DNA from: Podarcis vaucheri
Taxonomy: Eukaryota
Length of the DNA: 64,000 nt
Assembly (NCBI GenBank): GCA_965113315.1
Contig: OZ220372.1
Strand: one strand, 5' to 3'
This document shows, in pieces, positions 48,929 to 63,844 of the stretch; the stretch's first letter is position 1, and each line of letters starts with the position of its first letter. The translations under genes and the position numbers were made by a program. The notes under the pieces were generated by a model. It worked only from the letters and a program-made list of their open reading frames with translations. It ran no database searches and had not been told where the DNA came from.

Positions 48929-49969
48929 TATATAATGTTGGTTTTAAGTACCCATAACTTTGTCCTTCTTCCATACATTTCTGTCCATCATTTGATGACT
49001 ACAGCATGAATGAGCCATCACAGATCTATCACTGCACAGATCTATCTTTTCATGAAATGCCTCCTTAAACACAGCACGTTTTTTCAAAGAAGATAGTTAA
49101 AACATTTGGTGTGGAGGTATGGAACCTCAGAGTAGTTTTTAAATTGCTAGCTGTGAAAAGCTGCCAGGAGCTGCGGAATGCCCATTTCAAGGTGGATCAT
49201 CTCTAGGAGGTGAGAATGAAGATGTTTTATCTAAATGGGAAGGGGGATAGAAGTAGGCAATGCAAGTGGACATGGTAGCCATTAAAAAATAAAAGCTCAA
49301 AGTACCGCAGGGAAAAACATACGAGTCAGATACATTTGAAAAGAGGCACCATATATAAATGTTTTATGTGCCAGTGCTAGAAACAAGTGAGCCAAGATGG
49401 GCAAGCTGGAGCGTGCAGCTTTGAAAGAGGGCATCACTATAGGAAGGACTTTAGGGTGGTGTCCATCTGTAAATCAATGAGGAGAGAGTCAAACAAGAAA
49501 CCCCAAAGGAGTGGACTTCTCTACAGCAGTGGTTCCTAATTAGTGGTCCACAGACCCCAGGGTGTCCACGTTACCCACCCAGGGGTTTTTCCAGCGCCAT
49601 TCACATAATAAAAACTGGCATAGAGATATCAAAATTTTCAAAAGGAGGGGGTCCAAGGCTTGGCTGTTGAAAAACAAAAGCCTAGGGCTTGAGATGAAGA
49701 ATGGAATCCAAGAGGCATTCAAAGGAGGAATGGTTGCAGGAATGGACAACTTAAAAGACCCTCACAAACTGGGGAAGTGTGTAAAATTTGAGAACTGGTA
49801 GAAAAGAAGTTGAAAAGTCAAGAAGATCAAATCTCTCCAGTATGTGTGGGAGATATTTAAAGCCACTATTTAAAAAACCCCTCTAGAATCAGAAAATGCA
49901 CCAGAAAATACAGCAGATCAGAAAATGCACCATTAGGTACAAGAGGATGCCTGCATGATTAAAAAAAAA

Positions 49970-50761
49970 CTCCATACTTCTGTTAGAAGCTGGTGAAAGC
50001 CCAATTTCAACTAAAGCATGGTGGGCTGCCCTAAAACATTGGCTCAGGATTTCAGTGTTTGATCTAGGGAAGGGTTTGTACCAACACCTGACCAATGAGG
50101 AATTTGTCAGCAAATGGCAGAAAACCATGGCTAAAAAAGCCACCTCTATTGGTCTGTCACCCCCCCAACTGTATTACCTGGGTTATGAAGGCGCCCTAAA
50201 GATGTTAAAGCAAAGATTATGGGATAATGCACACAGTGACTTGCGATCTCGATCACACGCAGTCTGTAGTCCGCTGGCAGTAGGAGTACAATATGGGCAT
50301 GTCTTTAAGTTAACATCTTACATTAAAAACCTGACAGTCCAAACTACCAAAGGCTTTTCACCAAAGCCAGACTAAATGTCTTTCCTTCTGCAGTGTTGGA
50401 TGGCAGGTTGAGAGGAGTTCCCTACCAGGACAGACTTTGCTTGTGTGCTCAAGACATCGATTCCATAAAACATATTTTGTTCCACTGTGCAAAATATGAG
50501 CAAGCCAGGGCTGAACTGATACTACCCTTGCTGGTACCTTTCCCGGGAAAATCAGAGGCTCACTATGTCAGGTTCCTACTGGAAGACCGGACAAATGCTA
50601 GAACATTAGCAGTGGCAAAGTTTTTATCGGTGGTTGCAAGAACAAATAATCCCTATATTCTGAACAAAATGCTTGTTTAACCTGGAGGTAGGCTGTATGA
50701 ATTGTGTATTGCTTTGTAATGATTTGTTGGGTCTTTGGACCGTAATAAAGATTGAATGAAT
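49970..50761 (+). mobile_element. Non-LTR retrotransposon 3' fragment, RTE-X-like, inside an older CR1-like fragment
   Basis: RLCLCAQDIDSIKHILFHCAKYEQAR CCHC-type motif; AATAAAG followed by a (TGAA)n tail. Confidence 0.65.
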
Positions 50762-51274
50762 GGGGGGAAAAGTCAACAAAGCTATCAAAGGCAAGAATGC
50801 TTTTTTTTTTTTTCATACAATGGAAATCTTCCCCACATGAGGAGGACAAAAAACAAACCTTGGTGGAGGTTGCAATAAGAAATGCAAAAGGTAAAAAAGG
50901 AGTGTAGCACGAAAAGCATAAAGGCTATTTTAAAAACCAAAATATTAAAATACATTAGAAGCAGGCAAGGATGCTATTAGACCTTTACTCAAAAGGCTCC
51001 ATGTGAGCACTCTTGCAAATCTAGTGCAGATCCCATCATGGGCATCTGTGTACAGATGAAGGGATCAGCAGAGAACATCCTGTAATAAAGAAAAAGGGAA
51101 GGGCTAGTTGGGAAGGAGTGGAATCGGAGTGAGTGTGGTTGGTTACCAAGGCAACGGAACAGAATCCTGGGATGGGGGAGTTATGGCGTAGTAGTGGATA
51201 GCTGGGAGGGAGTGAAAGCAATGAGAGGTTTGTAAAGTATAGCTTCAGTTCTGCTTTGAGGATAAATTAGTTAT

Positions 51275-51461
51275 CAGGGGTGCCAACTTGAATAAAATAT
51301 GGGGGGATAGTAAGAACCTCCCCACATGATCAATCACATGACACGGTGTGCGCACACCATTTGAATGGCAATGCCTATTGACCTGGGGGGGGCTTGGCCC
51401 CCTCCAATATTTTAGGGAAAGGGAACAAAGACCCCTCAGACCCTGGGAGTTGGCGCCTATG
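51275..51461. mobile_element. hAT MITE (older)
   Basis: CAGGGGTGCCAAC...GTTGGCGCCTATG; imperfect TSD TTAGTTAT/TTAGCTGT; related fragment at ~24167. Confidence 0.6.
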
Positions 51462-52874
51462 TTAGCTGTGCTGATTTTGTCATGCTAAGTTGTTTTCTTA
51501 TCCCTTGATCTCATAAAATACTATCCATTTTTTGAGAGGAGTCCAAGAGTGTACCTTCTGCTAACTAGACTGAACCCACAAGATTAATCATTCTAGAGTA
51601 GACCCTTTACTACCTCACAGCACAGAACCCAAGGCTGCTGCTTGGGCATTCAAAGGTATAGATGACTCTCCACTTATGCGGGTTGTTACGTTCAAAGGCC
51701 CCAAGCTCATAAGTGAAATCACGTAAAGTGGGGAGCACCCTGCTTTGGACACCCTCTCTGCCACATGTAGGGAAGTGATGGTGGCTGTGCTACCCCTCAC
51801 ACCCGCTGTTAGGTGGGGAGGCGGAGCAGTGTAAACAAAGCCCCACTGCACATCTAAGTCTCTTTTGGGTTTCCTAACCCTCACTTATGTTTTCCTCAGG
51901 TCCAGTGAGGGTCACCAGCTCCACAACGACTCTCCAGCTCGTTCCTGCCATTTCCAGGTCAAATGAGAGTAAGCAGTGGGGAGTCGCCTGTACCTCAAAC
52001 AAAATCACTGACCAGGCCTGTTTGGAGAAACATTCTTCCCCGATGTTAGCAAACGGAAGAATCAACTTTTCTTTCACCCTCACCATATTGGTATGCTTTC
52101 CAAGTAGACTCAGAGATGCAGTTCTATTCCAGATAATAGTAAAAAGATCATAGGATACACCTGCCAAGTCTCTAAGCAGCAAGGTGGAGCCAAGTTGGGT
52201 CCAGATTTTGCAGCAATTGATTGTCAGGAAGAATGAAGAGCACCTCCAAATTAAATAGAGTTGATACGTGTGTGTGTGTGTTTTCCCCTAGGAAGGAACC
52301 TGCTCAATATATCGAATACTGGGACCGTGCTATAACATTTGTTATAGCCTTTAACTTGCACCTTGAAGGGAAAACAAACATTATCTTGAGGAACACGAAT
52401 GGATTCTAGGTAAAACTTGCATGGTTTTAATTGCTTAACCACCTGCAGAAGAAACTTCTGTTCTTCTGCCATCAGTAGGACAGGGGCCTCATGCTGGAAC
52501 CTTTGAAGGCTCCATAAACCCAAAGCTTAAAGGTCTGCTTAAGGGACATAAGGAACTATTAGAGGGTTTGGACAGATTCTTATATGAGGACAGGAAGAAA
52601 AATGATTTGTTCTGTTTCTGTTGTAAGAGCAGCCCCAGCCCATGCCTTTCTAGATCACAGGCCTATCTAGTCCAACATTCTGCTCATGCAGTGGCCAAGT
52701 AAGATCTCCTGTGAGAAGCCCCTCAGGAGGACAACCTCCCTCAGAAACCGGAGGTAGTAGCCCACCATGAGAATTAGTAGCAATTAATCCTCCAATAATT
52801 TGTATAATGTTTTAAAGCTATCCTCGTTGGTGGCCATCATAAGATCTCCTGTCAGTGAATTCCATGCTTTATGT

Positions 52875-53010
52875 CAGGCATGGCCAAACTTGGCCCTCCA
52901 TATGTTTTGGGACTACAACTCCCATCATCCCTAGCTAACAGGACCAGTGGTCAGGGATGATGGGAACTGTAGTCCCAAAACATCTGAGGGGCCAAGTTTG
53001 GCAATGCCTG
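52875..53010. mobile_element. Palindromic hAT-Charlie-like MITE
   Basis: CAGGCATGGCCAAACT...AGTTTGGCAATGCCTG; TSD CTTTATGT/CTTCATGT. Confidence 0.85.
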
Positions 53011-54859
53011 CTTCATGTGATTTTTGGCGGGCCTAAATCTTGCAACATTTGTATTCAATGGATAGTGCCTGCTTCTAGCGTTAAGAGATGGAGAAAAACT
53101 TAACTGTTTTCTCTACGCTATGCATAACTTTATTAACACATCATGTCCCCCAACACTTGCCTTGTTTTCTAATCTAAAAAATTCTGAACATTGTGCTCTT
53201 TCCTCAAAAGGAAGCTGCTGCAGCTGCTAGATAGTTTTGGTTGTCCTTTCCTCTACCTTTTCATTATCTTCTCTAAAGGGTTATGGAGAGATAAATGCCT
53301 TTTAGAAAGGCATGTTATCCATGCTAGCTCTTCTGCTGACCTGCACACAGTTTACTTATGTAGATTAAAAAAATTAGTTTGGATACCTCTTACGATACCA
53401 TAACCCAATTTGGCATGATGGTTTCTGATACCAAGGAGAGGTTTTTATCCATGTTAAGACATACATAATTGGACACCATTTTAAATCAAGATGGTGGACT
53501 GAACCTTTCAGAGCTGTGCCAATTTAACCACTAATTAAAAAAATGCACTAGTTGATTTGTTTCTTAGAATTCCGAGTGTGAGGCTGCTAATTTTAAATAT
53601 TTGAATGGTTTTAAATATTCCTCATTTCGCTCAGTGCGCCCTCAGGCTCTTTCCCTTCAAGAGGAGGAAAAGAGGCCTTCTTGGGCTCAACAAAGAGATG
53701 CAAGTGGGAAGAAATGAGGGCTGAGGTAGGAGTACATGCAAGAGGCAGAAGAGCTGGAAGGCACAGCAGCTCTACACACCTCCTCTTTTCCGTCTCCCAT
53801 TCTGTCTCTTCCTTCTCTCACAAAGGGCCACTCTGTCCTGCCATTGCTCATTTCCTTCCTTCCAGCTTTGCATTCCACAGCCTCACTCTGTGCGCAACTC
53901 CTGCTCCCACAAAGCCCATTTGCTGTGTGTCAGAGGAGCAGCTGTAGGCAGCAGTCGAACCCAAAGCCTGGACTGCAGGGGAATAATGGCAATGGCCTGC
54001 AAACCTGATGCCCACTGGTGATCCCTGGGCCCAGTTTGAGAAATGCTGCCTTAGGCCAAATTATTTGAAAACAGAGCAATTGTGGGGGTTGGGACTGGCT
54101 AAATTTGTCCCTTAAGACCCTTTGCCTTGTCCCCGACCAGGAACCAGTGCAGCTACTGGGCTCTCCATCTGGGAGCGCCTTAAGGTACCCATGAATTCTT
54201 GAGGGCTTTCTTTTAAACTGTAGCCACCAAACATTAGGCTTTGAGAAGCTGACAGGCTTTTTTATGCTTGCTCTTGGAAACTGTCCCTGGCTCCTTTGGT
54301 CATTTCAGAGAACAGAAATAACCTGCTTTGCTCCTAAGCTTTAACATTCTAGCGCAGTCCAACTTTTCATGCCACAAGAGTATTTCAACATGGAACCCGT
54401 GGGCCTTGTCATCCGGGAGGGGAGAGCAAGGCCAAAATTTGATACACACCAGCCCTCATGCTGCTTTCCCAAAGCCTGGTGAGCGAGGGCAGGCTTTGGG
54501 AAGCAGATGTGAGGCTCTGGCAGGGTCCTACAGCCCCCTCCCCATCTCCTTTCCAAAGCTGGCCAAGCACTAACTGGACTTTGGGAAGGAGACGAGGAAC
54601 TCTAGGACCCTGAGTCCTCATGCTTCCAGCTTACCTTGTTTCTGAGAGAAGGTATCTTCTCTCCAGAACTAGAATTAGAGACTTCTCTCCAGTATCTAAT
54701 TCTTGCTCTTATGGAGATACAATCACCCTGGGTTATATCAGAAGGAAGAACAGGTGGGCACCATTTTGAGAGACCTTCACTGCCCAGCAGTGGAGGGAAA
54801 TGTGGACAGCAGCAACCCAACTCACCAGATGATTTATGGTTTCTGCCCACTCTCTAATG

Positions 54860-55110
54860 CTGGGGTCAGCAAACTTTTTCAGCAGGGAGCCGGCCTACTG
54901 TCCCTCAGGCCTTATGGGGGACAAGACTACATTTTGGGGGGGGGGAATGAACAAATTCCTATGCCCCACAAATAACCCAGAGGTGCATTTTAAATAAAAT
55001 TACACATTCTACTCATGTAAAAACGCACTGATTCCCAGACTCTCCGTGAGCCAGATTTAGAAGGCGATTGGGCCTGATCCGGCCCCCGGGCTTTAGTTTG
55101 CCTACTCATG
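54860..55110. mobile_element. hAT-Charlie-like MITE
   Basis: Perfect 8-bp TSD CTCTAATG; Charlie-like ends with GGCCC subterminal motifs. Confidence 0.85.
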
Positions 55111-56071
55111 CTCTAATGCATACATGCTGCTGTATATAAAGCCAAATGGTCTCCATTTTTAAAGCTTAAAATTTGTTGGGAGCCAGATGAGAAAATTAAT
55201 TTGTTGGGAGCCAGATGAGAAGCAAAAGATTACCTATTCCCATTGTTAGTAGGCCTTGGCTTTAAGCTGGATTCCTTGGCCAAGCAATTTGGTTTCAAAA
55301 CCCTTGACCTAGAACCAATTTTATCAGTTGACAAGTTCCAGGTGTGCAGAACCTGTGGCCCTTCAGACCTTGTTGAACTGCAACTCCCAGCATCCTTGGC
55401 CGCTGGCAATGCTTGCTGGGGACAGGATGTGAGTTGTAGTTCAGCAACATTTGAAGGGCTGAAGGTTCCTTACACCTGGTGTGAATGGACTCGCCAAGAA
55501 GGAAGAGTAGCCCCTTACAAGAGACTTCCCTACTTACCTCAAGGTCATTTCACACTTCCGTTCTGTAGCAGATTAAAAGGTAAAGGACCCCTGACAGTTA
55601 AGTCCAGTCGCAAATGACTCTTAGTATGACCCAAAAACAGCCACACTGCTCAGAAGGGCTTTGTGTCCTGAGGAGATTCTTCAGAATAACTAGAACAGCT
55701 GGCAGCCAAAAGGATGACGCTCTCTGTCTGGACTGCCTTCATGCCAAAACTCATCTTGGGGCTTTGCTCTTCTTTGCAACCAGTTCCGGCTTTCTCCTCA
55801 ACGGGTGGTGCATTATAAATACAGATGTATATTCTTCCCAAAAGTTGATTCCAACTGTTATCATAACGAAAGAAGTTCCAGTCTGGAGCTTTGCAAAAGC
55901 CTTGTTGCTCCAAAGCAGGCAAGACAGAGAGCAGAGAAGGCTCCAACTCATGGATAAGAAAGATACAGTGTGAACTCATGCAAACAGCCATGCACACAAA
56001 TGAGAGCAGCTCACCTCTCGCTTAACTACCACCATTATATGTCGGTAAAGCTTTATATGGATCCCCTAACA

Positions 56072-56207
56072 CAAGCATAGGCAAACTCTGGCCCTCCAGA
56101 TGTTTCAGACTACAATTCCCATCATCCCTAGCTAACAGGACCAGTGGTAAGGGATAGTGGGAGTTGTAGTCCCCAACATCTGGAGGGCCAGAGTTTGCCT
56201 ATGCCTG
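56072..56207. mobile_element. Palindromic hAT-Charlie-like MITE
   Basis: Same family as 52875-53010; perfect TSD CCCTAACA. Confidence 0.85.
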
Positions 56208-56968
56208 CCCTAACAAATGCCCATTTATTGTGGCAAGTAACACACGGCCATTACAAAAATACAGCTATCGGCATTTTAAGTTTGGCTAATGGGCCTGTTT
56301 TATTTACTGCTTGGACAAAGCTGCCGCTGGTCCATTATCCTGCATTTCTACCCTCATCTACAAATTTGGGAAAAGTCGTTTGAAATAGAAATGCTCCCAG
56401 AGCTCAGCATTTAGACGGCAATCCTAACCCCTTACCTGGGAGCAAGCACCACTGAATTTAGTAAATAGTTACTTCAGAATAGATGTGGTTAGGATTCAGC
56501 AGTCAGTAGTTTTCTGTACTACACAATTTCAGCTTGTATTGTATGCCAAATAGTTAACACATACCAAGGCCACACAGATTATTTTAAACTGTAAGCATAT
56601 TGAAGATCAATGGCTTTTGTATTTCCAATCAGATTTCAAGGGAAACAGGTGGCCAGAACAGCAATTCTGAATAGCCACAACATTGTTTTTTAAAGGTAGC
56701 AAACAATCTAAAATTCCTACTTGGCTCCTGTATTTTAGTGATTTTGCTGAACTTGTCACCCTGAACACTTTCAATGAACCTTAACACCTTGTAGTCCAGG
56801 CCAAACATTCTTAATAAATTAAACTATAGAAGCAAATTCTTATTTACACTTTTATTAGTTTTCACTTAGCTTGAGAGCTTCTCTAAAGATTATATAAAAT
56901 GAAGTATCCAATACATTTCTCATTTTTAGAAACTATTAGAAATACTAGTTAAATTTCAACTATAAAAC

Positions 56969-56974
56969 TTTATT
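56969..56974 (-). terminator. Candidate polyadenylation signal AATAAA of CCDC71L (second candidate 56851-56856)
   Basis: TTTATT on plus strand ~760 bp downstream of the stop codon, in AT-rich 3'UTR-like sequence. Confidence 0.55.
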
Positions 56975-57439
56975 ACATACAAAACATTCAACCATTATTA
57001 TATTGAAAGTTTGTTATCACAAAGTCCAACTCATGTACAAAACAAAAAGGAGCAAAACATTTTTGCACCCTCAAATCAGCCGTGAGCTGTTAATTAAGTC
57101 TTCATTCCTTGAGCATCCTTGGTCAAAAGCTTAAGTCCCGTTATCTGAAACTGGAAACACTTAGCATATTCAAGTAACCCTGAGCATCGAGTGCAATTGC
57201 ACAAAAGTCATACATAATAGTCCATTGGCTACTTCTTAAAGGGGGGGGGGGGATTGGCATTAAACTGATAGCAAAGTTCCTTTGGAAAGGGGGGGGGGAG
57301 GAGCAACAAGTGATCTCTTTGCCAAATTCGCGAGTGAGGTAGCCCAATGGCAAGAAAGGAAAAGTGACTCGAAAGGAAAGGAAAAGCCAGACTGCATCTC
57401 TTGCCTCCTCCTCAGCCCAAGGTTATCAAGGTAAGTAGA

Positions 57440-58960
<1,521 letters not shown>

Positions 58961-60637
58961 GGGAGGGTGTTGCTTGGCAGAGACTTTGAGTTGGTGGCCT
59001 CAAGGCTCAACCAGTGAAGGGGGGTCTGCTTCCCAGTTTAGGATGAGGGGATTTGTAACCCTCCAATCTGGCATCATCTTGTTGCCTTTGTTGGTTCCAC
59101 AAAAGAAGAGAAGGCCTCCTTGCATATAATCTCCTCTTATAAGGTTTTAAGTAGGTCCCCACTTCCTCGAAGCAAACCGTGATGGTTTCCCAAAACAACA
59201 TAATGTGAGGGAAAATTGGGTGCCATTTTATATTTCTTTGGTTGGAATTCAAGTGGAAATTCAAAAGCTTGCCCTTAAGACGTAGGAAGAACTAAATAGT
59301 AAAAAAACAACAACCCCACAACATAGCTTATAAGCGTTCATTGTTATACTAATCTGATGATAATTGGAGATATGCGTGCCCTCAAAGGATAATAATTGCA
59401 TGTGACTCAGTAGACCGGTATGTCCAGAGGTTCTTGTGCCCCATTCTTAACCTTTGTGGCTCAGCAGAATGGAGAATCTCAACACGATCAAAATTTCTAG
59501 CAAAATTTAAAAAGTTGTTGCATTTTTAATTTTATTTGGTTTAATTTTTTAAATAAACTGTTCTTTCATCATCATTATCATCAATGGTAGGCAGTCTACC
59601 AACAGGAAAACATAATGGTACAATAATATTGGTTAAAAAGGAGATAGTGTAAGGAGGGCATGCCCCAAAAATGGTCCTGTCAGTCAATCATGCCTTCTGT
59701 GATACTCTATTCTGTTTGCCTTCCTACATCATTTTTGGGGGGTCACCCACACACCCCAAGTCAGTCAGTATTCCAGGGCTATTCAGCACATTCAGTCCCT
59801 ATTAGGCTGTTTGGGACATTTTGCCTTGGGATCGCCATGTCTAGCCCAGCACCCTGTTCTCCCAGTGGCCAACCAGATAAGCCGAGCCTGGTAGCTCCCT
59901 CTTCTGCTTGGTCCTGTTTGGGGGCTACATAAAGGACCCAGAGAACTGAGATGGTGAATCTGCCCTCCAGACCAAGAGCATGGCCAATGGTCAGGGATGA
60001 TGGGAACTGGAGTCCAGAACCTTCTGGAGTTCCACAGTTACCCATCTCTGAGAGAGGGAAAGGTAACAAAAGTTTAGAAAATTATAATTGGCCAAGAACA
60101 GTAGAACACCTCTCATCTAATAAAACCAAATGGCAATAGGCTCCAGGCAGATGAGCTCTTCAGGCAACACCTATTTACTTATTTATTATCTTTGATAGTT
60201 GTTCTTTGCCCAAAGGTGTCATAGGTAATTACAGGTAGTCCATAAACATTATTGCACATAAACAAACAAGCCAGGAAGTAGTGACAAAGCTGTGCAGCAG
60301 TTCATTGAGGGATAGGTAGACTCACAACCTGAACTTCCTGGTTTTGGCAGACTCTTTCCACCCCAGGATGTGAGATCTGTCTGTTGTAATCAGCTGGAAA
60401 AATAAAAAAAATGTTACTTTAGCTTAGGTTGGGTGCCTTGCCAGGCCAGGGGGGCAGGACTAGCAGAGAAGACAGAATTTATACTCCAACTCTGCTCTTT
60501 TTTAATTCATAAAAGTGCATATTTTTGTTTTTAAACATATAAAAGTGCAGTGTGTCTGTATGCAACTCAATGGAGCACAAAGCTTGGCAAGTGAGCACTG
60601 CAATTGAGCTGGTGGGGGGAGGTCTGAGAGAGGGGCA

Positions 60638-60639
<2 letters not shown>

Positions 60640-60673
<34 letters not shown>
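60640..60673. repeat. (AAT)n microsatellite, tail of a minus-strand L2-like 3' end
   Basis: Direct inspection; followed by CCCATCTGACTGGGTTGCCCCAGCCACTCTGGGC. Confidence 0.9.
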
Positions 60674-60674
<1 letters not shown>

Positions 60675-61604
60675 TTTACCCCACCCATCTGACTGGGTTG
60701 CCCCAGCCACTCTGGGCACAGTGTTAGAAATTCAGATATATAAGCTAGGCGCCAAATGACTCCTTACACTGGGGTTACAGTCGCCAAAATGGGATGCCTG
60801 GTTGCCATTTTTGGACCAGATGGTTCAAAAGTTGTATTTTTCATTATGACTTTTTGGTTCCTGAAATTCCTTCTGATTGTGCAGATAAAATATAATGGAT
60901 ATAATTCTACAGGATGGGGTATTAGTGTGTGAAAACAGTCCAAGTGCAAAGATCCCCAGGCATGCATCTGCAGATGGGGGAGACGTCAGGCAGCATCCGG
61001 GCGCCCAGGCATCTTCACTTGGTCGCAAGTGGCTGGTAGCCCTGTGCAAAATGCACCTGGCACCTGGCGAATTTCAAACACTGCCTATCCCTCCATGCAT
61101 TGCTGCACAGTTATGTCACTATTTCCTGGCTTGTTTGTTTCTATGGTTTCTTCTGCTCTTGCTGACTTTAAAGTTTGGAGCAGTAACATTAGCAGTATGG
61201 GGAAACAGGTCAATAAAACATTTCCCCCTCTTTGATGTCATTCACTCTCAATTCTAAATTATGCACATATTTTGCATGTGCAAAATAGCACAGTGCAACA
61301 CTAGCACAATGAAAATAATTTTTAAGGAAGAAAAACTTAAAAAATAGTATTCGCTTTGCACCTCCAAGTAAAAAAATGCATATATACAGTTGCCATCAAA
61401 ATTGTTCAACCCCTGTTGCAAATCAGGTTTATTGTCAAAATTTGCAGACTTTCAGCTGTTTGCAATCAGCAAATCAAACAAAAGCAATTGAAATAGCTCA
61501 ACACAACAGATGCTTCAAGTGGTTTCCCCAAATTCAGCTGAACTTGGAATTTGTCCTGGCTTCTACAATCTCACTATTATTCAACCCCTTCATGGCAAGC
61601 ATCT

Positions 61605-63034
61605 TTAGTACTCAGTGGAGCAGCCTTTTGCTGCTATGCCCAGCTGCAAACACAATACATAGACAGACAGCAGCTTCTGGCAGAGTCCCTGAGAAATCTT
61701 AGCTCATTCCTTATGAGCAATGGTCTCCAGTTCAGTAATATTCTTGGGTTTGCGTTCTGCAACCACCTTCTTCAAATCCCACCAGAGATTTTCTATGGGG
61801 TTCAAGTCAGGTGACTGAAATGGCCACTGTAGTAGAACCTTCCAGGACTTCTTCTGCAACCAAGTCTTGGTGGAATTTGAGGGATGCTTGGGAGCATTGT
61901 CCTGTTGGAAGGTCCAATGACACCCATGCTTCAGCTTCCTTGCAGATGGCATGACATTTCCTCCTAGGATTTCCTGATACTTCAATGAATCCATCCTGCC
62001 TTCTACACACTGCAAGTTTCCAGTGCCAGAGGATACAAAGCAGCCCCAGAGCATCACTGAACCTCCACCATTCTTCATTGTATTCTTTTCAGTGTATGCT
62101 TCATTCTTCTTCCTCCAGACATAACATTGATCCATGGGGCTGAAAAATTCCAATTTTGTTTCATTGCTCCACAGAACAGAATCCCAGAACTTCTGTGGCT
62201 TATTTATATGATTTTGCGCATATTAGAACTTACTTTGTTGTGCTTTAGGATCAGTAGTGTACGTCTTGGAGTTCTGGCATGGAAGGCATACGTGTTTAGT
62301 CTGTGGCTTGCTGTGTTCACTGAAATCTAAGTGCCTGCTGCCTCCAGGTCTTGCTGCAGCTCATTTGAAGTCACTTGAGGGCTTTTCCCAGCCCATCTTC
62401 TCAGAAATCTGGTTGCTTGCACAGATAGCTTCCTTTTTCTGCCCTGTCCAGGTAGTGTAACCACTGTTCTTCTGAACTTACAAACTATGCTTCCAGCAGT
62501 GTCTAGGAACATTCAGTGCCTTCGCTATCTTCTTGTATCCTGCTCCTTGATTATGAAGGGTGATTATCTCTTCTCTTACCTCTTGGACCATTGTCTTGAC
62601 CAGTGTTCGAAACTCCCATTGTTCTAGGCGCATTTTGCGACAGGCAATTTCATCAGCACAAGCCGTTTCTGAGCTCTGAGAGCAGTACTGCACCTAAGAG
62701 TTCAGAGTAAACTGCAGAGAGGAAGGAAAGGAGGGCCTTTTTCTGCCTCCCCAGTTCCAGCTCCTTTGAATACTGGAGAAGAGACCCTTTTAAGAATATT
62801 AGCGGGGTGGGTGGGGGAAGCATGGCTTTGTTTTTTGCAGTCTTCAGATGATGACTAGACCATGTAAAAAATTGTAAGATTTTAGCTGAGGTACATTCAT
62901 TTTCAGCACTGTATTCTTGTTATAAACAAGCGCCCTTAGACATTCCGTTGTGGCGCCCATAACCTAGGTTTAAGGTGCTGTTTAGCTCCCAGCTTTCATA
63001 GCTCTGTTTCTAACACTGCTCTTGACTTGGCCAT
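61605..63034 (-). pseudogene. Tc1 transposase pseudogene (frameshifted, interrupted by hAT MITE)
   Basis: Fragments VREEIITLHNQGAGYKKIAKALNVP, GGGSVMLWGCF, FQQDNAPKH, QSPDLNPIENLW, ending AKGCSTEY*; ATG at 63034. Confidence 0.9.
62601..63018. mobile_element. hAT-type MITE inside the Tc1 transposase 5' end
   Basis: CAGTGTTCGAAAC...GTTTCTAACACTG; 8-bp TSD GTCTTGAC/CTCTTGAC; related element at ~60719-61083. Confidence 0.8.
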
Positions 63035-63844
63035 ATTTCTGACATTCAGTCAAATTTGACACTCCACAAACCTCCGGACACAAAAGTTGTTGAGCTTTTT
63101 TTTAGTTTTAGTCTTGCCAGAGTTGTTGAACTTCTTTTGCAAAATCTCAAAAGAAATTGAGCCTATTTTTAAGGGAATTCGGCAAAATCTACACTCCGTA
63201 TGTCCAGATTTCCCCTGCTTCTGACACCTGAATCCAGCTCAGATATTTCATGTGTTGCATCAGGTGTGCTTGAGGAAACACCTGTTGTATTTGTGTTGCT
63301 GTTCCAGTTTCAGCTGAATTTGAGGGAAACCACTTGAAGCATCCATTGTGTTTAGCTATTTCAATTGCTTTTGCTTGATTTGCTCATTGCAAACAGCTGA
63401 AAGTCTGCAAATTTTGATAGTAAACCCAATTTGCAATGGGAGTTGAATAATTTCGATCGCAACTGTAAATATATATAATGCACACATTCTCATATTCTAT
63501 TCAGAACCATAATGTTATATTTATGGCAACAGTTTCCCATTAAAAATAAGTAAACTTGAACCAGACTAGATTCCCCATGAATATTTAAAACTACCTCATG
63601 ATAACTACTGTATCTTTCAAAATAAGGTTTGGAACAAAAAATAGACAGCAGAACCTGTGCCTGTTTACTCAGAACTAAGGATTAAATCTTAACGTGGTTT
63701 ACCTGGGGGTAAGCCCTATTAAATTCAATAGGATTTACTTCCGAGTATCAATGTTAATGCTTCTCAGAACAGACACATTGAAATTAATGGACATGACTAA
63801 TTGGGTCCATTAATCTCCATTAGTCTACTCTGAGTAAAAGTTAA

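Larger units (their letters stand above)
61387..63465 (-). mobile_element. Full-length defective Tc1-family transposon
   Basis: Long TIRs (CAGTTGC...GCAACTG, >150 bp); TA TSDs; inner direct repeat ATTATTCAACCCC at ~61576. Confidence 0.92.
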
